A stretch of DNA of 64,000 nt from Eledone cirrhosa (GCA_964016885.1 OZ024742.1:252588001-252652000); one strand, 5' to 3'. Shown: positions 1 to 14,117, counted from the stretch's first letter. A program made the numbers and translations. Notes: generated by a model from the letters alone, not told the origin.

Positions 1-465
1 ACATGTGGTAGAGAATGTAAATCAGCAGGAGGGCTCAAGCGACATGCAAAAGTACATGAACTCCAACCACAGCCGGATATTCCCAGTGAATGTTTTGGTT
101 GCCGACTCTGTGCAAGACATTTTAGATCATTGGCTGGGCTAAAAAGCCACATTCGATCGCAGCGCTGTTAGTTGCTATCGTGTGTGTGTGTGTGTATAGA
201 TATCTTTATGTGTGCGCGTGTGTGTGTGTATATATATATATATATGTATATTATTATTGTTGTTATTATTATTATTATTGTTATTAATGTATATGTGTGT
301 GTGTATATATATATGTGTATATATGTATATGTATGTGTGTATATATATATATATATATTTTTTTATTTTATTTTATTTTTTTTTTTATTTATCTATTAAT
401 ACGTTTTTTCTCCTCGTGCAATGGCCATACTCGATAACGAGGGGGCAGCCATCATATGTATATAT
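1..465 (+). mobile_element. 3' end of RTE/BovB-like LINE with C-terminal C2H2 zinc fingers and 3' tail
   Basis: Frame 1 of 1-171 reads TCGRECKSAGGLKRHAKVH...CRLCARHFRSLAGLKSHIRSQRC*, similar to the degenerate fingers ending the RTE at 19110-21590. The tail cgtgcaatggccatactcgataacgagggggcagccatc recurs inverted near 18400-18440. Confidence 0.75.
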
Positions 466-712
466 ATATATATATGAAGATAAATTAACGGAGCCATAGA
501 GTCGCGTTATTCCCTGTAAATTATGTGCTCAAAGAGAAAGGAATCCTATACATATTGTATATGTATATATATATGTATATGTGTGTATGTATGTATATAT
601 ATATATATGAATGTATATATATATATATGTATGTGTATATATATAGATGTAATCTGAATTTTATAGATGTAATCTGAATAGTATGGTAGAATATTAAGTA
701 TTAAATGTTAAT

Positions 713-751
713 TAAACAAGTACTTTCATGCTTTCTCAATCTTCAGGTTCA
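713..751 (-). ncRNA. Minimal type I hammerhead ribozyme motif in left Penelope pLTR
   Basis: Minus strand reads UGAAC CUGAAGA uugagaaagcau GAAA GUAC UU GUUUA. Stem III is the palindrome AGUACU; stem II has one mismatch. Confidence 0.65.
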
Positions 752-1675
752 TATTCTGTGGTGACAGTCAAGTTTGCAATTTTCAACTGTAATGAGATGG
801 GTAGATTGTGTGCCTTATATACAATGAAAAGCGGCTACAGAATGCTAAATTTTGCAAACTGTATTTCGACCAATTGGTGTGTAGTTTCACTGGATTACTG
901 AAGCTGATTGGTTTAGGCGTCATGGTTGGTTGAGCATGTCTAACGACTTCTATTTGGCTCTATCCAAAGCATCAATTGTTTTGCTATTTTTTAAAATGTT
1001 GTAAATAGCATTTTATAGGGTTTTTATACCCCTAAGAATTATTATTGTTCATTTAGCTTGGGTTGGAATTTATCAATAAAATTCTTTTCTTTGATTTTTC
1101 TCTTGATTTCACTTGGCCTGTGTAATTTGTAGAATGGAAATATTATAAATATTTTCTGACCACATGTTGCTAGATGGTTACTCAGGGGTATCTGACGGAC
1201 ATTTGGGTCTCTGATTTGCTGTCGGTGCACCCGTGCACGTTCCGATAGTGCATTTCCAGTTTGACCGACATATAGTTATTCACAATCGGGCATTTAATGC
1301 AGTAAATTAGATTTCTGCTTTTGCAGTTCATATTTGCATTTGGGAATATTTTTCAAAATTCCAACCCAAGCTAAATGAACAATAATAATTCTTACGGGTA
1401 TAAAAACCCTATAAAATGCTATTTTCATCATTTCTAAAAATAGCAAAACAATTGATGCTATGAATAGGGCCAAATAGAAGTCGTTAGACATTCCCAACCT
1501 ACCGTGATGCCTAAACAAACCAGCTTCAGTAATCCAGTGAAACTACACACCAATTGGTCGAAATACAGTTTTCAAAATGTAGCATTCTGTAGCCGCTTTT
1601 CATTGTATATAAGGCACAACATTTACCCATCTCATTACAGTTTAAAATTGTAAACTTGACTGTCACCACAGAATA

Positions 1676-1714
1676 TGAACCTGAAGATTGCGAAAGCATG
1701 AAATTACTTGTTCA
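1676..1714 (+). ncRNA. Minimal type I hammerhead ribozyme motif in right Penelope pLTR
   Basis: UGAAC CUGAAGA uUGCgaaaGCAu GAAA uUAC UU GUUCA. Stems I and II are intact; a G>U change breaks the stem III palindrome. Confidence 0.65.
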
Positions 1715-1873
1715 ATAAATATCTAACACTTAATATTCTACCATACTATTTCATTCTAATACCATTCTAATTTTAAAGGATTGTAAATAAAACGAGTAAA
1801 TCAGACAAAGTTGGAATTCCTTTTATTAATATAATCTTCTATACACAATCAAACACACCCGTGTATATTTATT

Positions 1874-1942
<69 letters not shown>

Positions 1943-2129
1943 CTTTTAAGCTATTTTGTAGTATCTCTGTTCAGGAACACACCACTTATATTAAATTTAT
2001 CTCCCTGGAGCTTTGTGAAAGTCTGAGAGATTGGCTATATGTATGTTTTATATATTTTTTTTTGTTTAGATGGAAGACAAAACAAAGAAGTTGAATACAA
2101 AGATGAAGAAGAGAAAGATAAAGATGAAG

Positions 2130-3110
2130 AACCTCACTGCACCGCACTGCACAACACCGCACTGCACAACACCACACTGCACCGCACCGCACTGCACCAC
2201 ACCACATCGCAGTACACCGCACCACATCACATCACTCTTCACCACACCACATAAAAACATACAACACTACACCACACTACTCCACACCACATAACACCAC
2301 AACACAGCACACCACTCCTCACTACTCCACTCCATATAAAAACACACCACAACACACCACTCCTCACTACATCACACCACACTACTCCACACCACATAAA
2401 AACACACCACAACACACCACTCCTCACTACATCACACCACATTAGAACACACCACACTACTCCACTCCACATCACACCACAACGCAACACACCACTCCTC
2501 ACTACATCACACCACATTAGAACACACCACACTACTCAACACCACATCACACCACAACACAACACACCACTCCTCACTACATTACACCACACTACTCCAC
2601 TCCACATAAAAACACACCACAACACACCACTCCTCACTACATCACACCACACTACATCATACCACATAAGAACACACTACACTACTCCACACCACATAAC
2701 ACCACAACACAACACACCACTCCTCACTACAACACACCACAACACAACACACCACTCCTCACTACAACACAACACACCACTCCTCACTACAACACACCAC
2801 ACTACTCCACACCACATAACCCCACAACACAACACACCACACCTCACTACATCACACCACATAAGAACACACCACACTACTCCACATAAAAACACACCAC
2901 ACTACTCCACACCACATAACACCACAATACAACACACCACTCCTCAATACATCACTCCACATAAGAACACACCACACTACTCCACACCACATAACACCAT
3001 AACACAACACACCACTCCTCACTACAACACAACACACTACTCATCACTACAACACACCACACTACTCCACAAAAACACCCCACACTACTCCACACCACAT
3101 AACACCCAAC
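2130..3110. repeat. Degenerate (CACCA/CACTA)n pentamer array with higher-order units
   Basis: Visible periodicity, e.g. cacaccactcctcactac recurring; ORFs here are low complexity. Confidence 0.9.
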
Positions 3111-4004
3111 ATTTTTTCCTCATCTTTTTTTCATGTGTTATCAACTAATCTGATCTCCAAGATGTTTGTTATTGACTCTCTCTTCATGGAAAACTTAGGT
3201 GGATCCACTTCTCTCATTTAACCCCAGAGTTTTCTCTAAGATTTTTCGTATGTTATCAACGAATATGACCTCCAAACCAGTTGGAAATGATTAGTTGTTC
3301 TAGAAAAAAGGAGGGGTAAAGCAGGTGGAAACACCATTGTCGTTTTGTAGATATATACCCTAATGATTTTTCTTCAGTATCCTTTTGAGTGCTATCAACT
3401 AATCTCACCTTTTAGTTGCTCTGAATCAATTTTTTTTCCTGGGATTTGGAAACTAAAACTAAATTAAACATAAAATTAAATCTAGCCCCAACCCTAAACT
3501 CTAAATCTAAACCAAACCAAGCTAAATCTAAATATAAACATTACCCAAACCTAAATCTAAATATAAACATTACCCCAACCATAAAACTAAACCCTAAACT
3601 TTACCCCAACCCTAAGCTAAACCCTAAACATTACCCCAACCCTAAACCTAAACCAGGGAAACAAGTTGATTGGAAGCATCTAGGAGGTCAGATTAATTAA
3701 TAGCACAGGAAATATACCGAAAATGATTAAGTCCCACAGCATGTGAGTGGAGTGTAGATCTGCAAAACTCTTCCCCTCTCCCTCTCCTCTTTCTCCAAAG
3801 CTAGTTGTTTTTGACTGATTTGGGAGTCATATTCACTGATAAGGCATGGAAATAGAATCAAAGAGAAAATTCCGAGTAAGCAGGGGTTATCCGGGTGAAG
3901 GGGGAACCACCTCACCCCGCCGTTTTCCTGGGGAGAAAAAGTCAGTTTCAAGCATCTTGGAGATTGGATTTGTTGATAGCACATGAAAAATAGGATGAAA
4001 AAAT

Positions 4005-4645
4005 TTCACATCACATCACACCACATCAAATCACTCCGCATACCATCACATCACACCACACCAAATCTCACCACACTCCATCACACCACACCAAATCTCA
4101 CCACACCCCATCACACCACATCTCACCACATCACATCACATCACATCACATCACACCACACCACATCAGACCACACCATATCACATCTCACCACATCACA
4201 TCACACCACATCACACCACATCACACCATATCACATCACATCACGTCACGTCTCATCTCGTCTCGTCGCGTCTCGTCGTGTCTCGTCTTGTCTCGTCTCA
4301 TCTCGTCTCGCCTCGCCTCATTTCACCACGCCATGCCACATTTCATCACATCACATCACATTTCACCACGCCACGCCACATTTCATCACATCACATCACA
4401 TTTCACCATGCCACATCACATCACATGCCATCACACCACATGCTACCACACTACATCCCACCACACTCCACTACACCATATCCCCCACCCTACATTGAAC
4501 CACACTCCACTCCACCACACTCCACTACACCACACCACTGTCCACTACACTAAACCACACTGCACTACACTACACCACACCACTGTCCACTACACTAAAT
4601 CACACTCCACTACACTACACCACACCACACTACACCACACCACTG
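4005..4645. repeat. Degenerate (CACAT/CACCA)n pentamer array
   Basis: Visible pentamer periodicity. Confidence 0.9.
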
Positions 4646-5969
4646 TCTATTCGACTGTTTTCTATTTCGTAGGTATGTCCAGTTACAGTAAGAGAAAGTT
4701 ATTTCAAAGGATCTGAGTAAGTAAACACTTCATTGACCATCATTTTAAGCAGAATCTCAGTGTAGTTTTAAATTGACTTTTTCATATGATTACACCTCAG
4801 TCTTAACTTAATCACCTGTAGATGGATGCTACATGTAATGTTAAAATTAGTTAAACACTGTTTCCCCCTTCTCATCACATATGGATGCTACATGTGTATT
4901 GTTAACATTAATCTAACATTGTGCCCCCCCCCCCCCCCCGCCTCACCATATCATACCACACCACATCACACCATGTTGTACCACACCAGACCACATAACA
5001 CCATGCTATACCATATATATATATATATATATATATATGAGCTCCCCACTCGTTATATTAACTGTATCTCCTCGGTGTTTCGTGAAAGTCTGAGAGATCA
5101 GCTATTTATTTGTTTACAATTTTTTTTTATATTTAGATGGAAAAGAAGAAAAAGATGACGAAGCAGACGACTAAATGAAAATGACAACAAAGACAAAGAA
5201 GACACGGGAAACGATGACGAAAAGAAGAAGAAAGTATGATCTCAGTTCAGTCTAAACCTAATGATTTATAGATATGATCTTAGTTCAGTCTTAACCTAAT
5301 GACCTGTAGATACGATCTATTTAGGTTTAACTTAAACATTCAAAGATATTTGTATATACTTTTGTTGATGTTTGACATTGTTTTTTAGTTATGAAATAGC
5401 TTATAAGCTACATTATAGGATCACAGTGCATGAGCACACTGCTCTTTAAATTAACTTTATCTCCTCAGCACTTTGTAAAGTCTGAGAGATAGGCAACATA
5501 TATGTTTAACATTCTTTGTTTTTGGTATTTAGATGGCAGAGGAGAAGATAAAGGCACAGAAGAAGTCAAAGGCACAGAAGCAGTCAAAGGCACAGAATAA
5601 GTCAAAGGCACAGAAGAAAACAAAGGCACAGAAGAAGACAAAGAAAATGAACAAGAAGAACAATTATTATTACTATTATTATTGTTATTATTATTTGTAT
5701 TATTATAATCAAACTAAGCCACACTACATCAACCTATACCATACCACACCACACTGACAAACATTATACCATACCACATTATCCAACACCACACTACGAA
5801 ACACTGTACGACCTCACATCAGACCATGCTATGGAACAATATACTATACTACACTATACAACAATAGACAACACCACACAAGACTATGAAACACTATAGT
5901 TTACCACACTATATCACACCACTCAAGTTAGAGAGGATCAACTTTTTTCCTGGAAAGTAGAAAACCTAA

Positions 5970-8915
5970 CTTTAAGCTAAAACCGAACTTTAAAAATAAC
6001 ACTTACCCTAACACTTGCACTCACACATGCTCTAACAGTGAACTTAGCGCTAACATGAAAACTAACACAAACACAAAATCTGAAAACTAACATTAAATAG
6101 AAAACTAACACAAACACAAACCTGAACACTAACACTAAAACTGACACTAACACTAACCTGAACACCAGCACTAAAACTAACACTACCGTAAACACTAATA
6201 CAAACACTAACACTAATCTGAACACTTACACTAAAACTAACATTAGCACAAACATTAGCCTGAACACTAGCACTAAAACTAACACTACCATAAACACTAA
6301 CACTGAGCTGAGTACTAACACAAACACTAATCTGAAAACTTATACTAACCAGAAAACTAAGCTAACATTAATTTCAACACTAAAACAAACACTAACGCTA
6401 ACAGAGATACTAACACAAATAGTAACACAAAAACAAACACTAACACAATCTCTAACACTAACCTCAACACTAACACTAAAACTAACATTAACTTGAACCC
6501 TAACTCTAACCTGAAAACTAAGCTAACATTAACCTGAACACTAACATAAACACTAATGCTAACACTAACAGAAATACTAATGCTAACATTAACGCTAACC
6601 TTAACACAAAAACAAAGACTAACGCTAACACAATCACTAACACTAATGGAAACATCAAACACTAATGCTAACAGAGATACTAACACAAATATTAACACAA
6701 AAACAAATACTAACACTAACACAATCTCTAACACTAACCTTAACACTAAAACTAACACTAACATTAACTTGAACACTAACACTAACCTGAACACTTACAC
6801 TAAAACTAACACTAACAGAGATACTAACACAAATATTAACACAAAAACAAACACTAACACAATCTCTAACACCAAAACTAACATTAACTTGAAGACTAAC
6901 ACTAACCTGAAAACTAAGCTAACATTAACCTGCACACTAACACAAACACTAATGCTAACACTAACAGAAATACTAATGCTAACATTAACACAAAAACAAA
7001 GACTAACGCTAACACAATCACTAACACTAATGGAAACATCAATCACCGATGCTAACAGAGATACTAACACAAATATTAACACAAAAACAAACACTAACAC
7101 AATCTCTAACACTAACCTTAACACTAAAACTAACATTAACACTAACATAACTTGAACACTAACACTAACCTGAACACTTACACTAAAACTAACACTAACA
7201 CTAACCTGAACACTAACCTGAACACTAACACTAAAACTGACATTAACACGAACATTAACCTGAACACTAACACTACCATAAACCACTAACCTGAGCACTA
7301 ACACTAAAAGTAACACGAGCCCTAACCTGAAAACTAACACTAACCAGAAAACTAAGTCAACATTAACCTGAACACTAACACTAACACAAACACTAACACT
7401 AACCTGAACACTAATACTAACAAAAATGCTAACACTAATACAAAATCAAACACTAACACGAACACTAATGGAAACACTAACACTAACGCCAACGCTGACA
7501 CTGACGAAGATGGCTATGCTGGCACAAACGCTAGCGCAAATGTTGACAATCACTTATGCTGACACAAACACTAACGTGAATACTGATGCAGGTGCAAAGG
7601 CCAATGCTGACAAAGACTCTGATGTAAATGCTACACAGACTCTAACGCTGACGTGGACACTGACACAAATGCTCACGCTGATGCAAACACTAAAGCAAAT
7701 GCAGACACTAATGCAAACACAGACGCAAATGTTGATGCAGATGTTAAAGCAAACGCAAATGCTGACGCAAAAGATGACAGCGATGCTAATGTGAACCTTA
7801 ACGCAGACGTAAACATTGACGTAGAAGCTAAAGGAAACACTGATGCAAACACTAATGAAAATGCTAATGCAGACGCTGACACAGACGCTAACACACGTTA
7901 ACACAGATGCTAACGTAAACACTGACGCAGATGCTAATATAAACACTGACGCAGACGCTAACATAAACGCTGACACAGATGCTAACACACGTTGACACAG
8001 ACGCTAACGTAAACGATGACGCAGACGCAAATGTAAACGCTGACGCTGATGTAGATGTAAATACTGATGATGACACAGATGCGGTTTGAAACGCTGACAT
8101 AGAAGCTAACGTACACGCTGACACAGACGCTAACGGAAATGCTGACATAGAAGCTAACGGAAACACTGACACAGACGCTAACGGAAATGCTGACATAGAA
8201 GCTAACGGAAACACTGACACAGACGCTAACGGAAATGCTGACATAGAAGCTAACGGAAACGCTGACACAGACGCTAACGGAAATGCTGACATAGACGTTA
8301 AAGGAAACGCTGTCGCAAACGCTGATGCTCATGTGAATGCTGATGCAGATGCTGACGCAAATGCTAACCCCTACACAAATGCAAACGTTGATGCTAACAC
8401 TGACTCAAACACTAATGCAAATGCTGACGTGAACGCTGATGCAAACGCTGACACTGAGGGAAATGCTGACACTGACACAAGAGCTGATGCGGACGCTAAT
8501 GATAATGCTGACTCAGAAGCTGACGTAGACGCAGGCACTGAAACAAACACTAATGCTAACACTAATGTTGACTCAGACACTAAGGGAAATGCTGACACAA
8601 TCACTATCACCAGTGCAGACGCTGACGCAAATGCTGACATAGATGCTGACACTTACGCAAACACTAAGGCTAATCCAAACACTAACGCAGATGCTAACAC
8701 CAGTCTACATAGACACTAACACAAAGCTTACATAGACGCTTATGCAAATGCTAACGCTGATGCAGACAGTAATGCAAACAGTAACTGTAAGAGTAACAGT
8801 TACAGTAACACTAACAGTGACAGTAATGCTAACAGTAACACAGTCACTAACAATAAACTTACCATTAACAGTAAAACTTACCCTAACACTAACCCTAAAT
8901 CTAACATTAACCCAG
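5970..8915. repeat. About 3-kb hexamer-periodic array, (ACACTA)n grading to GACGCT/GATGCT-type and (ACAGTA)n units
   Basis: Period-6 sequence throughout with internal block duplications, e.g. the 48-bp unit gctgacatagaagctaacggaaacactgacacagacgctaacggaaat near 8090-8300. Confidence 0.9.
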
Positions 8916-9019
8916 AGAAAAAAGTCATTTGCAATCAAAGTCATTTAAGGTCACTCTTTAAGATATAGAAGATAGGCATTACATTTTAATGAGTTTAATT
9001 TAAAGAGAATCACGCTATA

Positions 9020-9232
9020 CGATGCAACACAATAACACACCACACCACACTAACCTACACTACACCAAACCAGATTATACCTACCTTGGTAAATTTATGA
9101 TAGGTTTCCATGTTATAACTACACCAAACTAAACCATACCAAACTACACCAAACCAAACCACACCATAACAAACTACACCATACTACATCACACCAAGCT
9201 ATTGATTTTGGTGTGACAAATTTTCATCTGGC

Positions 9233-9263
<31 letters not shown>

Positions 9264-12200
9264 GTGCTTACCACCCAATCTTACATTAAAAGTGTTCACA
9301 ATTAACTATTTTTTGCACATATTATCAATGAAGACTTTGAAACCTGTTGAAAATGACTAGCTTTGTAGAAAAAAGAGGGCGGAAAGTGGGTGGAAATACC
9401 ATTCACAAAGCTTGTCCTTTTTGATGATGATGGTAAAAGCATAGTCGGCTGTGAGCATGTTGGAGGTTGGAAAACCATACCACATTAAACTACATCAAAC
9501 TACACCATACCAAACTACACCATACTACATCACACCATGCTATTAATCTCAGTGAGAACATTTTCCTACCTGTTTTTTTTTTCTGTGTGTGTGCTTACCA
9601 CCCAATCTGATATCAAAGGTGCTGACAAATGACTATTTTTTTTACACATTATCAATGGATATAACATGGAAACCTATCATTTGCAATAGGCTCCCATGTC
9701 ATAACTACAACAATCCAAACCACACCATAACAAACTACACCATTCTACATCACACTATCCTTTTGATCTAAGTATGAAAAATTTTCTTCTTGTTTCTTTT
9801 TTTTTTTGTGTGTGTTCTTACCACCCAATCTGACATCAAAGGTGCTGCAATTGACAATTTTTCGCACATTACCAATAATTATGACATGGAAAACTGTCGA
9901 AAATGACTAGCTTTGTAGAAAAAAGAGGGAGGATGTGTGTGGAAATACCATTTACAAAGCTAGTCATTTTTTATTGCAGCGGAAGTCATATTTTTTGTTA
10001 ATATGCTAAAAGCATAGTCCACTGCAAGCATATTGTTAAGTTGATAGCACATGCAAAAATGAAGGAAAAAATTTGTTTTCTGACATAAATCAAAGTGGAA
10101 ATTTAAATCCTCACTTATAACAAAGCACACCACAGCACATTAATCTACCCCAATCCACACCATATACTTCACCATAACCATACTTCACTATATGGTAAAT
10201 TTATTACAGAACACCTACTCCTACCAGTTACATCACACCATCGTATGGACATCAATGTGACAAATTTGCTACTTGCCTTTTTTTTTTTTTTTTGAGGTTA
10301 CCAGCTCAAACTAACATCAAAGGTGCTACCTGCTTTTCTTTTGTGTGGTTACCACCTCAAGCTAACATCAAAGGTGCTTGCAAATGACTATTTTCCCACA
10401 CATTATCAATGAATATGACATGGGATCTATCGTTTACAATTGGTTTCCATTTCATAACTTCACCAAACCAAACCACACCATACAAAGTTACACCATACTA
10501 CATCACACCAAGCTATTGATCTCCGTGTGAAACATTTTTTTCCCGTTTCCTTTTTTTTTCTGTGCGCTTACTACCCAATCTGACATTAAAGGTGCTCCCA
10601 ATTTACTTTTCTTTTTCACATATCAATAATTATGACATGGAAACCTGTCGAAAATGAATATCTTTGTAGAAACCTCACCAAACCACACCATACTACATCC
10701 CAACAAGCTATTGATTTTGGTGTGACAAATTTTCATTTGGCATTTTTTTTTTTTTTTTTTGTGTTTACCACACAATTTGACATAAATGGTGCTCGCAAAT
10801 TAATATTTTATGCACATATTATCAATGGTTATGACATGGAAACCTGATGAAAATGACTAGCTTTGTAGAAAAAAAGAGGGAGGATGTCGGTGGAAATACC
10901 ATTTACAAAGCTAGCCATTTTTTATTGCAGCGGAACTCATATTTTTTGTTAATATGCTAAAAGCATAGTCCACTGCGAGCTTCTTGGAAGTTGATAGCAC
11001 ATGCAAAAATGAAGGAAAAATTTTTTTTGTAACATAAATCAAAGTGGAAATTTAAATCCTCACAAAGAAACACCACAGCACATTAATCTACCCAAATCCA
11101 CACCATATACTTCACAATAACCATACTTCACTATATGGTAAATTTATTACGAACACCTACTCCTACCATTTACATCACACCATGTTATGGATATCAATGT
11201 GACAAATTTCCCACCTGCTTCTTTTTTTTGTGGTTACCACCTCAAACTAACATCAAAGGTGCTTGAAATGACTATTTTCCCACACATTATCAATGAATAT
11301 GACATGGGAATCTATCGTTTACAATTGGTTTCCATTTCATAACTTCACCAAACCAAACCAAACCACACCATACCAAGTTACACCATACTACAACACACCA
11401 AGCTATTGATCTTGGTTTGAAAAATTTTCTTCCCGTTTCCTTTTTTTTTTTGTGTGTGTGCTTACCACCCAATCTGACATTAAAGGTGTTCCCAATTGAC
11501 TATTTTTTTTCCACTTATCAATAATTATGTCATGGAAACCTGCCGAAAATGACTATCTTCATAGAAACTTCAACAAACCACCCATACTACATCACACCAA
11601 GCTATTAATTTTTGTGTGAAAAATTTTCCTTTGGAATTTATATTTTTTTTATTTTGTGTGCTTACCACCCAATTTGACATAAATGGTGCTCGCAAATTAC
11701 TATTTTATGCACATATTATCAATGGTTATGACATGGAAACCTGATGAAAATGACTAACTTTGTAGAAAAAAGAGGTAGGATGTGGGGGGGAAATACGATT
11801 TACAAAGCTAGCCATTTTTTATTGCAGTGGAACTCATATTTTTTGTTAATATGCTAAAAGCATAGTCCATTGCGAGCTTCTTGGAAGTTGATAGCACATG
11901 CAAAAATGAAGGAAAAATTTTTTTTGTAACATAAATCAAAGTGGAAATTTAAATCCTCACTTATAACAAAGCACACCACAGCACATTAATCTACCCCAAT
12001 CCACACCATATACTTCACCATAACCATACTTCACTATATGGTAAATTTATTACAGAACACCTACTCCTACCATTTACATCACACCAATGCTCGCAGTTGA
12101 CTATTTTTTTCACATATTATGAATGAATATAACTTTGAAACCTATTGTCAATGATTAGCTTTGTAGAAAAATGAAGGCAGAAAGTGGGTGGAAAAACCAT

Positions 12201-12330
12201 TCACAAAGCTAGTCATTTTTAATTGCAGTGGAAATCATATTTGTTGTTAATATGCTAAAAAAATAGTCAATTGCAAGAATTTTGGAGGTCAGATTAGTTG
12301 ATAGGACATAAAAAAACAAAGGAAAACAAA
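9020..12330. repeat. Complex tandem duplication (about 0.55-0.95 kb blocks) with embedded hairpins
   Basis: The block aaatgactagctttgtagaaaaaagaggg...tacaaagctag recurs near 9350, 9900, 10850, 11750 and 12150, and the flanks also repeat. Confidence 0.85.
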
Positions 12331-12442
12331 TATTGTCTATATGTTCCTGTGGAAATCGGGTCTTCTGTATTACTGTTTGACGCCAGAGGTCATGGTCGTG
12401 TGCCATTGCCCTTGAGAGGTGCAATTGGGAAAGGTCGGCTTA

Positions 12443-13014
12443 GAAATATTTACTTCTGCGTTCACAGACTGATTTTTTTTAGTTTCAGAAGATTCCATTA
12501 AGGGTGAAAGCAGCTGATTCTTTGCTTAAACTTTAATCTGTTATTTTAATAAATATTTGCCCTATGGTTCTTATATATTTTATATATATTTATTCTTATC
12601 GAGCCCTCTTTGGATGTTAGTCTTAAAATTTATTATTATTACTATTTGGCTCCCTTGATTGAGTACTCTATTGACTTATATTCATCATGCAGAAACAACA
12701 TCTGAATATTTCTACAAAGAACATACCCATACCAAGCAGGAAGAAATACCTAAAACTACGTCTCCATGAACCAAAGTATCACCTTCCTGTCTTCCTTCGG
12801 TTGCAACGTTTTTCGAAATATTTACTTCTGCGTTCACAGATTGATTTTTTTTTAGTTTCAGAAGATCCCATTAAGGGTGAAAGCAGCCGATTCTTTGCTT
12901 AAACTTTAATCTGTTATTTTAATAAATATTTGCTCTACGGTTCTTATATAATTGATATATATTTATCTCTATCGAGCCCTCTTTGGATTTTAGTCTTCAT
13001 ATGTATTATTATTA

Positions 13015-13018
<4 letters not shown>
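12443..13018. repeat. About 190-bp direct repeat pair (12443-12640 and 12817-13018)
   Basis: aaatatttacttctgcgttcacag...tcgagccctctttggat occurs twice. Confidence 0.8.
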
Positions 13019-13091
<73 letters not shown>

Positions 13092-13113
13092 TGTGTATAT
13101 ATATTAGTTTATA

Positions 13114-13145
<32 letters not shown>

Positions 13146-13154
13146 GAAGGGTAT

Positions 13155-13197
13155 ACGGTGCTGATGATAGCTAACAAGCTTGAAACTAGTACATCGT
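13155..13197 (+). ncRNA. Type I hammerhead ribozyme, copy 1
   Basis: ACGGUG CUGAUGA uAGCUaacaAGCUu GAAA CUAG UA CAUCGU. Palindromic stem III ACUAGU; predicted cleavage after GUA at 13191. Confidence 0.82.
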
Positions 13198-13364
13198 TCC
13201 TGCGTCAGTGTTGAACAAAAAGGTGACGTGGTTGCCTTAACACCGTACGGCATAAAATTCAGGCTGTTCAGTTTGTTTACAAACGAACAAAGCGGCGTTA
13301 TAATAAGCGTCCGCTAAACTGATACGTGCATATATGTATGTGTACCTGTATGTATATATGTATG

Positions 13365-13492
<128 letters not shown>

Positions 13493-13703
13493 TGCTACTG
13501 TACGTCTGTATACATATATGTATGTACGTATACACACATACTTACATTTAAGTAAGTGCCGTACTAAGAGTGAGAAATGGAATTTCGTTTTCATTTTATT
13601 TCAACTTATCGTTTTCGGTATGCCTGACCGACTTGACTCACTCGATATGCAAATTAGGCTGCTCAGCCGTTAATTTTCATAAGGAAAGTATATACTTTCG
13701 AAC

Positions 13704-13790
13704 GTTCAACTATCTGGCAGAAGGGTATACGGTGCTGATGATAGCTAAAAAGCTTGAAACTAGTACATCGTTCCTGTGTCAGTGTTGAAC
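13704..13790 (+). ncRNA. Type I hammerhead ribozyme, copy 2, with extended stem I
   Basis: Core at 13729-13771 matches copy 1 except in loop II. Stem I extends via AGG/CCU, CUGGCA/UGUCAG and GUUCAAC/GUUGAAC. Predicted cleavage after 13765. Confidence 0.85.
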
Positions 13791-13928
13791 AAAAAGGTGA
13801 TGTGGTTGCCTTAACACTGTACGGCATAAAATTCAGGCTGTTCAGTTTGTTTACAAACGAACAAAGCGGCGTTATAATAAGCGTCCGCTAAACTGATACG
13901 TGCATATATGTATGTGTACCTGTATGTA

Positions 13929-14004
<76 letters not shown>

Positions 14005-14054
14005 TGCTACTGTACGTCTGTATACATATATGTATGTACGTATACACACATACT

Positions 14055-14108
<54 letters not shown>

Positions 14109-14117
14109 CATACATAT

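Larger units (their letters stand above)
677..1750 (-). mobile_element. 5'-truncated Penelope-like element: GIY-YIG endonuclease remnant with inverted pseudo-LTRs
   Basis: Minus strand 1042-1350 (one frameshift, one stop) reads NMNCKSRNLIYCIKCP.CE*LYVGQTGNALSERARVHRQQIRDP...FIIFPFYK...KEKNFIDKFQPKLNEQ*. Arms 677-1071 and 1356-1750 are about 395-bp inverted repeats. Confidence 0.88.

Noticed and set aside
172-499. YI/CV/HT-repeat ORFs here and at many (TA)n, (CA)n and (CACCA)n tracts
   Set aside because: Translations of microsatellites; no coding signal.
677-1750. MITE or foldback DNA transposon
   Set aside because: The spacer encodes a GIY-YIG remnant and the arms carry hammerheads, which fits Penelope better; no TSD seen.
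3450-3655. Telomere-like aaccct repeats
   Set aside because: Degenerate hexamer low-complexity tract, not a (TTAGGG)n array.
4673-4716. Orphan 44-nt exon-like segment with AG and GTAAGT flanks; also purine-rich segments after tttag at about 2070, 5137 and 5533
   Set aside because: No recognisable protein or linked exons; the segments are part of a local repeat.
12855-12895. Hammerhead-like CAGAAGA-ucccauuaagggu-GAAA in the 190-bp direct repeats
   Set aside because: Core U4 is replaced and there is no valid UH site or stem I in either copy.
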